Positions 38,729 to 46,795 of a stretch of 64,000 nt of DNA are shown piece by piece. A program made the translations under genes and the position numbers. How positions within the stretch are numbered: position 1 is the first letter of the stretch; each line of letters opens with the position of its first letter. The notes beneath the pieces were generated by a model. That model searched no databases and had not been told where the DNA came from. It was given only the letters and a program-made list of their open reading frames with translations. Source of the stretch: an uncultured Eggerthellaceae bacterium (GTDB taxonomy: Bacteria; Actinomycetota; Coriobacteriia; Coriobacteriales; Eggerthellaceae); assembly GCA_910577495.1 (NCBI GenBank), contig CAJTML010000002.1:4503-68502 (forward strand). Direction: 5' to 3'.

Positions 38729-38821
38729 GGAGGGGTGGCAGAGTGGTTGAATGCGGCGGTCTCGAAAACCGTTTCACCGGTATTCCCGGTGACGAGGGTT
38801 CGAATCCCTCCTCCTCCGCCA
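38729..38821 (+). tRNA. tRNA-Ser (anticodon CGA)
   Basis: Acceptor GGAGGGG/CTCCTCC (one G:U pair), anticodon loop CTCGAAA, long variable arm, encoded CCA. Confidence 0.9.
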
Positions 38822-39066
38822 GTATCTGACCTGGGGTTTTGTTCATTTTGCCTGGTCACAGTTCCGCGATTTTTCGTTAATTTTCCTCGTTTTTCGTCGT
38901 TTTTCTGGCAATTTTTGGCAATCAACTGTACCAAAGTACGGACAGCCTAACGGGCTCATTTCAGATACCCTACTCCTATTAAAAAGCTTTGCCGAAGCAT
39001 AGCAAAGCTAAAAGAAATACGTTGTAGCGCCACTACATTACAAGCTAATTGCTGAAGGGGTCTCTG

Positions 39067-39261
39067 ATGTTTGCCGAGTACGATAGGGTTCTATATAAAC
39101 CAAAACATAAAGCATGTCTCATTACGGATATTGATGAGGGTGTTGACGAGAAGACGGGTATACCTGGAGTGATCTATCTACTCGAAGCCGAAGATCAAAA
39201 TGATCCCGAGTGGTTCTATTGGGCAGAAGAAGATGAGTTAGAAAAACTCCCTAAACATTAA
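39067..39261 (+). CDS. Small acidic hypothetical protein (64 aa)
   Basis: The ATG is 6-7 nt after GAAGGGG. MFAEYDRVLYKPKHKACLITDIDEG...EWFYWAEEDELEKL. AT-richer than the flanks. Confidence 0.5.
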   Translation: MFAEYDRVLYKPKHKACLITDIDEGVDEKTGIPGVIYLLEAEDQNDPEWFYWAEEDELEKLPKH

Positions 39262-39336
39262 GAGTTTTGATCCATTGTGAGCCGTCAAGATAAAGTCCAT
39301 TCATTCGGAAACTTGTTAGGGAGCTGAATAGTTGCC

Positions 39337-39579
39337 ATGTTAAGTACAAGGTCAAAAAAATATTTCCCCGAATATACGAAAGCTTGCGAAGAGCATGGCC
39401 AATGGTGGGTTCGCACACACTGGCTGGATGAGGACAGAAACCCAACTCCAGATGCGCCTGAAGTATTCAGAAAAGAAATAGAGGCTAATCAAAGAAAGAC
39501 CGCTGAGGAACGCAAGCGACTATTGGGAATAGATAGCCTTAACAGTGAGTTAGAGAAAAATGATTATCCAGAAGACTGA
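39337..39579 (+). CDS. Small hypothetical protein (80 aa)
   Basis: Listed ORF with AGGGAG about 13 nt upstream. I recognise no family. Confidence 0.4.
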   Translation: MLSTRSKKYFPEYTKACEEHGQWWVRTHWLDEDRNPTPDAPEVFRKEIEANQRKTAEERKRLLGIDSLNSELEKNDYPED

Positions 39580-39601
39580 GAAGTTAAGGAAGTGAATACA
39601 G

Positions 39602-39820
39602 ATGTCTAAACATGAACTTGATTACGTAGATCGTTTGATGGACGAGTATTTAGAAAGATTTGGAGTCTGTTTTACCATTCCTTTCTTCAACGTCGACTGG
39701 ACGGATGAGGACACTATTGCAGAGATAACTTACAGCCTTGAGACTGGTATCCCTCTAGACGAAAACAGCCCGCGTTGGGTTTGGGGACACTCAGATCTAG
39801 AGGATGGCGTAGTTTGCTAG
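39602..39820 (+). CDS. Small acidic hypothetical protein (72 aa)
   Basis: ATG about 9 nt after AAGGAAG. MSKHELDYVDRLMDEYLERFG... Confidence 0.5.
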   Translation: MSKHELDYVDRLMDEYLERFGVCFTIPFFNVDWTDEDTIAEITYSLETGIPLDENSPRWVWGHSDLEDGVVC

Positions 39821-39877
39821 TTCGTAATACATAGGAACCGAACTAGACTAACAACAACAACAATAAGGAGTTTCGCC

Positions 39878-40036
39878 ATGGATAAAAAAGAAAAAGCTCG
39901 CAATAGAAAGATATCTGAGGCACTTAGCCATGACTGCAATATGGGCATGAACCCTGAATACATCAAGGCGAAAGAAGCGGCTGAGAAGAAGGCGAAGAAA
40001 GCCGCAGAGAAAGCAGCCAAGAAGAAAAACGCCTAA
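39878..40036 (+). CDS. Small Lys/Ala-rich protein (52 aa), below the ORF-track cutoff
   Basis: ATG 7 nt after AAGGAG. MDKKEKARNRKISEALSHDCNMGMNPEYIKAKEAAEKKAKKAAEKAAKKKNA*. Confidence 0.45.
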   Translation: MDKKEKARNRKISEALSHDCNMGMNPEYIKAKEAAEKKAKKAAEKAAKKKNA

Positions 40037-40067
40037 AGCCACCCTTGCAATCTGCGAACCAAATAAT

Positions 40068-40118
40068 AAGAGCCGCAAGGTCGTTCCAGGAACACCGCCT
40101 GGCGCGCTAGCGGCTCTT
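40068..40118. terminator. Structured hairpin between convergent genes
   Basis: AAGAGCCGC ... GCGGCTCTT with an inner CCAGG...CCTGG stem. The loop is long, so confidence is modest. Confidence 0.4.
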
Positions 40119-40189
40119 AAAAGCAAAACTGCAACACCAATACTACCGAGACACAGTCAAAAAATCCATAGCTCTGAGCTATGATCAAT

Positions 40190-41782
40190 TTATTCATGCT
40201 TGAACAAATTGATAAGTTCAGTCTTTCCGCTGATTCCGAGTTTTGAATACACATGTCGGCAGTGAGTTTTTACCGTGGCGTTAGATATAAATAATTCTTT
40301 CTCTATCTTTGCTTGCGTTTGACCCTGTGCTAGCAAGAACATGACCTCTTCTTCGCGAAGTGTTAAACCATAACGTCGAGCCATTCGCGCGCATTCGTCT
40401 TTCAGCAATTCGGAAGAGGATCGATGGGTTGCTGGCAGATCATGAGCTGAATTGCTGATAGGTTCTATGCCCCACGATTGATCAGTCTCGCGACTTGTTA
40501 AAAAGGTTGCGTAAGTGAGGCAAATAATGATGACCAGCACCTCTGAGACATCAAACTCACCAAGATGTATGACCATGCCAATTTCAAGTCTTCCTACGAC
40601 CTCACCAAGAAATGAGCCGAGAAATCGGAGTGCTTGCACCGGCGCAAGGAGCCAAAGAGGATTTATATTGTGGCGAAACGAAATCGTGCAAAGGGAAATA
40701 CACACGAAAAATTGGATAAACATGAACCCAATCGTTGCGCAGTAGCCTCCAAGCAGTCCAATGACTGGCGAATGATGTCCAACCAAAACAACCGCCATTA
40801 CAGCAAGCGGCAGTCCAACCCAATGGAACCACTTGAGATTGAACTTTACTTCCGTGAATGCAACGATAGCAAGCATGGCCAATGCGGTCAGTGAACCGCC
40901 GAGCAAATCAACTCGTATGCTTCCACTGGTATCAAAGAAGCACCGAGCATAGCCTGCAGTGAAAGCAAATATTGCGATCAGCAATGCTGGCTTGAGCGGA
41001 AAACTCCAAGACTTGGTTGCAGATTGCGCCTCATCTTCATCGCTGGTGCTGAGGGGTTGTTGTAGCTCAATCTTGTCAGTTTGATTTAGAAGAGCGCAAA
41101 GAGCTAAGGGCAACAAAAGACAGATCATAGAGGTCATCATTGGTGAAGATAGCGAAAAGAGAATTCCTGGAACGGCCGTAGAAATTGCATTTGAAGCGAC
41201 AAAGTAAAAAACCAGAGGAACAAACGATAGTTCAGCATACCGCGTAAGCCAGGCCATCATCAGAAATGACTGAGAAAAGCCCATGATGCTGGTAAATATT
41301 GCCAACAGGATAACAATGCCAAAACTACTCTCACCTGCGTCTACTGTTTGAATAATTGTGCAAGCGAATACGGTGCCAGTTCCAATAATGCTTGCAAGTA
41401 GTATTGCTCGGGTATTTCGCATGAGCATCAAAAATCGGCTTGCCTGAAATCCAATGAAGAGTAAGCTTGCTGATCGCGCCAGATAGAGAACGCTTGCAAG
41501 ATTGATCCAGTTTCTTAACGGTACAACGCTTGAAGTAGATTGTGAAAGCGTATTCCACGCAAACAAGAACGCAAGACCCACTAAAGGCCAGCGTGTACGA
41601 ATAAGCTTTTTCGTTAATTCGCACGCCGCGAAAACATTGCTTAGTCCATGCCGTTTTGTTTTAGCCTTTGGCGGCATTGGTTCTGTGGTTAGCGATTCGC
41701 TTAAACCAGTTGCTTCCTTCTCCACAGTAAGCCCTATCTTGGTTGTTGGCTTTTCTTCATTATACGCACTAGTTTCTGACAA
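40190..41782 (-). CDS. Polytopic membrane LuxR-family transcriptional regulator (N-terminal multi-TM sensor, C-terminal GerE HTH)
   Basis: 530 aa with roughly 10-12 hydrophobic helices. C-terminus LTLREEEVMFLLAQGQTQAKIEKELFISNATVKTHCRHVYSKLGI. The listed start is a TTG without an obvious RBS, so the N-terminus is uncertain. Confidence 0.75.
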   Translation of the reverse strand: MSETSAYNEEKPTTKIGLTVEKEATGLSESLTTEPMPPKAKTKRHGLSNVFAACELTKKLIRTRWPLVGLAFLFAWNTLSQSTSSVVPLRNWINLASVLYLARSASLLFIGFQASRFLMLMRNTRAILLASIIGTGTVFACTIIQTVDAGESSFGIVILLAIFTSIMGFSQSFLMMAWLTRYAELSFVPLVFYFVASNAISTAVPGILFSLSSPMMTSMICLLLPLALCALLNQTDKIELQQPLSTSDEDEAQSATKSWSFPLKPALLIAIFAFTAGYARCFFDTSGSIRVDLLGGSLTALAMLAIVAFTEVKFNLKWFHWVGLPLAVMAVVLVGHHSPVIGLLGGYCATIGFMFIQFFVCISLCTISFRHNINPLWLLAPVQALRFLGSFLGEVVGRLEIGMVIHLGEFDVSEVLVIIICLTYATFLTSRETDQSWGIEPISNSAHDLPATHRSSSELLKDECARMARRYGLTLREEEVMFLLAQGQTQAKIEKELFISNATVKTHCRHVYSKLGISGKTELINLFKHE

Positions 41783-41960
41783 GGGAAAACTAACGAAAAA
41801 GAGGAGGGATGATTTTTCTCAGTCCTTCGAAATCTGCTTTTCATACCTCCAGGTTTGACGCGCAATTGCAGAAATCGTGAGAGTCTAAAAACACGGCATG
41901 GTAGGAAATGCCACGCCAGTTGTTAGATAGGGGAAACCCGAATCCAAGGAGGAGAGCAGT

Positions 41961-43685
41961 ATGGAGAAGAAAATTTCACGCCGTGGTTTCATAGGCGCAT
42001 CAGCTGTCGGATTTGCTGGCATGACACTTGCAGGACTTGCGGGCTGTTCCGCTCCAGCTTCGAGCACAGATGATCTTGCTGCAACCGGCAAAGACGGCAG
42101 TGGCAACACGTCAGCTGAATTGCCCCGAGATCTTGATATGTATCAGATCAAAGACTCAATTGCAGAGATTGAACCGATTACTGAGTTTGAGGCAGAAGAA
42201 TCTTATGACATCGTGGTGGTTGGTGCTGGAACAGCGGGAACGCTTGCGGTATTAACAGCGCTTGATGAGGGTGCAACAGTGTGCTGCTTGCAAAAAGAGT
42301 CAACGCCAGTGGCGCACGGCAACGGTTCTGCTGGAATCATTCGCGATGCATCTACCGATGCTGGTATTTTGCGTTGGATGCAGAGTATTCGCAAAATGAA
42401 CAACTATCGCGTGAATTGGGATTTGTTCAAGTTCTTTACGACGAATTCTGGCGAAACACTTTGCTGGCTTGATAAGAAATCCGAAGAAGCTGGTTACCCG
42501 GCAAGCGCTCATTCTGCAGCGACGGTAGTAACGTATGACAACGGAGATGTGTGCGCACTCTGCACGCATAATTTCGGAGTAAAGCCCGAAAACAACGGCA
42601 ACCTGGTGAAAGCGCTGTGCGATATGGCAGAAAAACAAGGAGCCGTATTCCATTACAGTACGCCCGGTGTGCAGTTAGTTGTTGATAATGGTGCGGTAAC
42701 TGGCGTAATCGGTAAAACCTCGACGGGGTATATCAAAGTCAATGCCAATAAAGCTGTCATCGTGGCAACTGGTGACTATCAAAACAACCAAGCTATGGTT
42801 GAGCGTTTTTGCCCCGACGTGAAAGACCTGGCACGCAAGCAGCAAAACAAAACTGGCGACGGTCACATCATGTCTATCATGGCAGGTGGTCATATGGTGA
42901 ATGTGGGCCATGCTCATATGGTGCACGATGCAGACTCTGCAGGAAATGGTTTTTCGCCATTCCCGCTGCTGTGCCTCAATGCTAATGGCGAACGCTTCAT
43001 GAACGAAGAGATGTCAATGCCAACCTGGAACGAAGGCTGTCGCGCGAATATCAATCAAGATGATCCTGGCGTGTTTGTCCGACTGTTTGACTCTAATTAT
43101 CCTGAGTATTATCCCAAAGCGCCGGCAGCTGAAGATATGCAAATGTATATTCCAGGCGCCCAGGAAAATCCAACTGGCGTTTACAAAGATCTCATCGATA
43201 CGCATGTATGCGATACTCTTGATGAGCTTGCCGAGGAACTTCGTGTTCCGGCAGATGCGCTGAAGAAGAGTGTTGCTCGTTGGAATGAGTTGTGCGAACA
43301 GGGTTCGGACGTAGATTTCGGACTGGCACCTGAAAACCTGCATCCAATTGATACGCCTCCGTATTGGGGAATTCGTCAATGGGTGCGCGTGACCGCAATC
43401 AATGGCGGCGTTGCCGTAGATGGAAACTATCAGGCAATTGATGCTGACAACAACCCAATCCCTGGTTTGTTTGTTGTAGGTACTACCGGTGGCGACCTCT
43501 GCGGTGGACCAGACTGGAATATGGGCTCTGGTGTTTCATGCGGGCACGTTATGACCTCAGGGCGTTATGCCACAATCTATGCACTCAATGGAAATTGGGA
43601 ACCCTCCAACCCGGTGAGCTGGGATGAAGTGAAGGACAGCTATACCGACGGTATGCATGATACCGCTTGGGTGTGGCAACGTTAA
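41961..43685 (+). CDS. Tat-signal lipoprotein; FAD-dependent oxidoreductase of the fumarate-reductase/FAD_binding_2 type
   Basis: ATG after GGAGGAG. MEKKISRRGFIGASAVGFAGMTLAGLAGC has a twin-arginine motif plus a lipobox. Dinucleotide fold DIVVVGAGTAGTLA, and C-terminal GLFVVGTTGGDL. Confidence 0.8.
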   Translation: MEKKISRRGFIGASAVGFAGMTLAGLAGCSAPASSTDDLAATGKDGSGNTSAELPRDLDMYQIKDSIAEIEPITEFEAEESYDIVVVGAGTAGTLAVLTALDEGATVCCLQKESTPVAHGNGSAGIIRDASTDAGILRWMQSIRKMNNYRVNWDLFKFFTTNSGETLCWLDKKSEEAGYPASAHSAATVVTYDNGDVCALCTHNFGVKPENNGNLVKALCDMAEKQGAVFHYSTPGVQLVVDNGAVTGVIGKTSTGYIKVNANKAVIVATGDYQNNQAMVERFCPDVKDLARKQQNKTGDGHIMSIMAGGHMVNVGHAHMVHDADSAGNGFSPFPLLCLNANGERFMNEEMSMPTWNEGCRANINQDDPGVFVRLFDSNYPEYYPKAPAAEDMQMYIPGAQENPTGVYKDLIDTHVCDTLDELAEELRVPADALKKSVARWNELCEQGSDVDFGLAPENLHPIDTPPYWGIRQWVRVTAINGGVAVDGNYQAIDADNNPIPGLFVVGTTGGDLCGGPDWNMGSGVSCGHVMTSGRYATIYALNGNWEPSNPVSWDEVKDSYTDGMHDTAWVWQR

Positions 43686-43707
43686 TCACGCGCAGTTGAG
43701 CTTAAGT

Positions 43708-43743
43708 GTCGGGAAAGGACCCCTCCTCTTTCCCGACATTTTT
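43708..43743 (+). terminator. Intrinsic terminator after the flavoprotein gene
   Basis: GTCGGGAAAG - 10-nt loop - CTTTCCCGAC followed by ATTTTT. Confidence 0.75.
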
Positions 43744-43818
43744 GTGCGCACAAACACCCAAGGGGGATAACGAAACCTTACGTGTTGGATCACTCAGATG
43801 ACCTGCGCAAATAGAGCT

Positions 43819-43903
43819 AACCTACAATTTACGGAGTTTTTGACCCACCAATTGCGACGTTTTCAACCTACAATTTACGAAGATTTTGACCCACCAATTG
43901 CGA
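43819..43903. repeat. Two copies of a 39-bp direct repeat (46-bp period)
   Basis: 43819..43857 is AACCTACAATTTACGGAGTTTTTGACCCACCAATTGCGA. 43865..43903 is AACCTACAATTTACGAAGATTTTGACCCACCAATTGCGA. They match at 37/39 positions. Confidence 0.85.
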
Positions 43904-44072
43904 AACACTCAACGCCTTCGCCAATTTTGAGGGCAGCGACACTCCGCGGTACCCATGTATGTAGTCATATGGTCAATTGCGCGAATAGCTGCACTCGCGC
44001 GCGGCCTGCGCTGATATGATGAGACCACACAATTACAAGCAACAATCAAGCTTATAGAGAAAAGGATTCATC

Positions 44073-44612
44073 ATGGCAGATCGTGTTGTAGAAACTACTG
44101 AAAATGAAGTTCCTGAGATCCCGGAGATCTTGGAAAAGGTATTGCTGTTCTCCCTTGAGGAAGCAAAAGAGAAGATGGCTAATGGCGTTGACGTGGTGCC
44201 GTTTACCTCGCTGGTCGTCAAAGAAAACCTCTTCATTGAAAGCCATCCGGGCGAGTCAGCGGAGGAGTGCTTCGCCTTCGCAAAGCACACGGTTGAAAAC
44301 GCACGCGGAGCTGACGCCTATGCATTCTGCTACGACGGTTACATTGAAACCGACGACGGCGTGAAAGATGCGCTCATTGCAGAGGGCGGCGTTCCGGGTG
44401 AGGATCGCGGGTATGCCGTTGGCTACCTCTACACGCTGGCTGACGAGAAGCCGACCTTTGAAGAAGAGGTTGCCTACATTGGCGAATCACCGAACTTCAT
44501 GAGCGAGCTCAAAGATGCTGATAGCTACAGCGAAGACGAGATCGACGAGAAGTACACCGAAGAAGATGAGATTGACGAAGAAGTTGAAGAGGTCGAAGAA
44601 GACGTCGAATAA
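44073..44612 (+). CDS. Acidic hypothetical protein
   Basis: 179 aa with high GC3 and a strongly acidic C-terminus (…EEDEIDEEVEEVEEDVE). I recognise no family. Confidence 0.6.
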   Translation: MADRVVETTENEVPEIPEILEKVLLFSLEEAKEKMANGVDVVPFTSLVVKENLFIESHPGESAEECFAFAKHTVENARGADAYAFCYDGYIETDDGVKDALIAEGGVPGEDRGYAVGYLYTLADEKPTFEEEVAYIGESPNFMSELKDADSYSEDEIDEKYTEEDEIDEEVEEVEEDVE

Positions 44613-44743
44613 GACTTCGCATAAGATCTGCGTGTACTGCGCATAAGATTTGTGGGTTGTTTGCATGAGGAATGCGAGCAACCCACATTTGATATATGCG
44701 AGATTGCGCTTGGATTGCTTCGCCAAACTTCGCCAAAAATATT

Positions 44744-44759
44744 TGTTTCACGTGAAATA
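44744..44759. promoter_or_regulatory. parS-like site, 15/16
   Basis: TGTTTCACGTGAAATA in the non-coding region upstream of rpsF. Confidence 0.7.
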
Positions 44760-44948
44760 AATTCTGCTCTCATCTGTCAGGATGGACACGTTTACTCAGT
44801 AAGATCGCAGGACACAAGATAGTTGCTGCGTTAGGGTTTGCACCTTGAGACGTGTTTTTAAGGCAGTTCGGGAGTGGAATGTTGTGTGTTCAATCCGTGT
44901 AAATCAGCCGGCTGGGAACTAAAATGCCCAAAAGTTCGCACGGTTTGC

Positions 44949-45001
44949 TAGAATAGTACAGCTAATTCCTGCCCCGGTGTGTGCCTTCACCAGCCCGGGG
45001 C
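44949..45001 (+). promoter_or_regulatory. Candidate rpsF promoter (-10) and 5'-leader hairpin
   Basis: TGcTAGAAT (extended -10-like; hexamer at 44949..44954). Then a GCCCCGG...CCGGGGC stem (44971..45001), ending about 11 nt before the AAAGGAGG RBS. Confidence 0.35.
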
Positions 45002-45026
45002 CGTATAGTCCAAAGGAGGTGAGCTG

Positions 45027-45320
45027 ATGAAGGCTTATGAATTGCTGTTTATTGTCGCTCCGTCAATCGACGAAGAAACCCGTGGTGCTGTAATGGCGCG
45101 TATCGAGTCTACTATCGCCGAAGGCAAAGGTACGGTAGACAATGTCGACAACTGGGGCAAGCGTAAACTTGCTTATGAGATCGACGGTCTGACCGACGGT
45201 GACTACACTCTCATCGATTTCCATGCAGATCCTGACAATGTAGCTGAGCTCGATCGTGTTCTGCGCATCACTGATGCCGTAGTTCGTCACATGATCGTGA
45301 AGCGTACTGATCGCGATTAA
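45027..45320 (+). CDS. rpsF: 30S ribosomal protein S6
   Basis: MKAYELLFIV...NWGKRKLAYEI... Confidence 0.93.
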   Translation: MKAYELLFIVAPSIDEETRGAVMARIESTIAEGKGTVDNVDNWGKRKLAYEIDGLTDGDYTLIDFHADPDNVAELDRVLRITDAVVRHMIVKRTDRD

Positions 45321-45367
45321 GAAATTGAAGCACGAGTTTTACTCGTGCGCTGAGAAGAGGTAGAAAC

Positions 45368-45832
45368 ATGAGCATTAACCGAGTGATTATTAGCGGAAAC
45401 CTAACACGAGATCCTGAGCTTCGCCAAACCGCAAGCGGCATGCCTATTTTGGGCTTTGGTGTGGCTGTCAATGATCGTCGCAAGAATTCTCAAACTGGTG
45501 AATGGGAAGATTGCCCGAACTACATTGACTGCACGATGTTTGGTGCACGCGCCCAATCGCTTTCCCAGTATCTCTCAAAGGGCAGCAAAGTTGCCATTGA
45601 GGGCAAGCTCCGTTGGAGCCAGTGGGAGCGCGACGGCCAGAAGCGCAGCAAGATTGAAGTGATTGTTGATGAGCTTGAATTCATGTCAAGCCGCAATAAT
45701 GATTCGTCACAAGGTGCAGCTGGCGGATACAACAGCTACCAACCGGTAACTGCTCCCGCACAACCTGCACAAACGATGGCGCCGGTTATTGATGCTTCTG
45801 CTTCGGTTTATGACGAAGACATTCCGTTTTAA
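45368..45832 (+). CDS. ssb: Single-stranded DNA-binding protein
   Basis: MSINRVIISGNLTRDPELR... OB fold, and the C-terminal acidic tip DEDIPF. Confidence 0.93.
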   Translation: MSINRVIISGNLTRDPELRQTASGMPILGFGVAVNDRRKNSQTGEWEDCPNYIDCTMFGARAQSLSQYLSKGSKVAIEGKLRWSQWERDGQKRSKIEVIVDELEFMSSRNNDSSQGAAGGYNSYQPVTAPAQPAQTMAPVIDASASVYDEDIPF

Positions 45833-45851
45833 CTTTTGAAAGAGGTTAGAT

Positions 45852-46112
45852 ATGGCCGATTACGCGAAGCAGCCGCGTCGCAAGTTCTGCCAGTTCTGCA
45901 AAGAGGACACGCAGTTCATTGACTACAAAGACACGCAAATGCTGCGCAAGTATGTTACTGATCGTGGAAAGATTAAGCCCCGTCGCGTTACGGGTGCATG
46001 CACTCAGCACCAGCGCGAGATTGCTAATGCCGTAAAGCGCGCACGTGAGATGGCTCTCATGCCGTACTCAGTTCCCGCTGTGAGCGGTCGTGGCGATCGT
46101 CGCGGACGCTAG
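45852..46112 (+). CDS. rpsR: 30S ribosomal protein S18
   Basis: …[10 protein letters not shown]...IDYKD...[18 protein letters not shown]... Confidence 0.93.
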   Translation: MADYAKQPRRKFCQFCKEDTQFIDYKDTQMLRKYVTDRGKIKPRRVTGACTQHQREIANAVKRAREMALMPYSVPAVSGRGDRRGR

Positions 46113-46126
46113 GGCAAGGAGGAACT

Positions 46127-46681
46127 ATGAAGGTTATCCTGCTCCAAGAGTTGAAGGGCAAAGGCGGCGAAGGTGACATCGTTGATGTAACCCGCGGTTT
46201 TGCTAACAACTACTTGCTTCCCCAGAAAATGGCTGTTGAGGCTACCCCTGGTAACTTGAAGCAGCTCGAGCAGCGCAAGCACAACATTGCTAAGCGCGAA
46301 GAGACCCGTATTGCTAACGCTGAAGCTCTGAAGGCTCAGCTGGATGCAGCTACGGTAAAGATTGATGCGAAGGTTGGCGAAGAAGGCCAGCTCTTCGGTT
46401 CAGTTACCGCTCAGATGATTGCTGATGCAATCCAAAATGATCTGGGCGTAGAGGTTGACCGCCGTCGCATTGAGATCGGCTCTCCGATCAAGACCGCTGG
46501 TCAGCACAAGGTAACCGTGTCACTGTATCGCGACATCAAGGGTACCGTTACGGCACTTGTTGGTGTTGACGAGGCACCGGTTGCTGAAGAGGAAGTTGTT
46601 GAAGAGGCTCCTGCTGAGGTTGTTGTTGAGGCAGAAGAGTCTGATGTTGATCCGGAATACCTGGAAGAGGTTTCTGAATAA
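46127..46681 (+). CDS. rplI: 50S ribosomal protein L9, with a ~35-aa acidic C-terminal extension
   Basis: MKVILLQELKGKGGEGDIVDVTRGFANNYLLPQKMA... The tail is ...EEEVVEEAPAEVVVEAEESDVDPEYLEEVSE. Confidence 0.92.
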   Translation: MKVILLQELKGKGGEGDIVDVTRGFANNYLLPQKMAVEATPGNLKQLEQRKHNIAKREETRIANAEALKAQLDAATVKIDAKVGEEGQLFGSVTAQMIADAIQNDLGVEVDRRRIEIGSPIKTAGQHKVTVSLYRDIKGTVTALVGVDEAPVAEEEVVEEAPAEVVVEAEESDVDPEYLEEVSE

Positions 46682-46795
46682 CACTTTGCAACATCTTGCA
46701 TCATAAGCTATGCCCCTTGCAGCGTTTGCAAAAGTGCTCAAGGGGCATTTTGCTAACTTACAATTTGGTTGTCATCTCAAAAGGAGACGTTTCCA

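Noticed and set aside
38556-38950. ORFs 38556..38750 (+), 38686..38934 (-) and 38735..38950 (+)
   Set aside because: They overlap the two tRNA-Ser genes and the T-rich spacer, so they are artefacts of tRNA sequence.
38822-44000. Possible integrated prophage or ICE at the tRNA-Ser genes
   Set aside because: I found no integrase, recombinase or phage-structural gene, and no direct repeat of the tRNA 3' end. I report it only as an AT-richer accessory stretch.
43798-44019. 73-aa ORF across the 39-bp tandem repeat
   Set aside because: Its reading frame is produced by the repeat itself. It has no RBS and no coding-like GC3 pattern.
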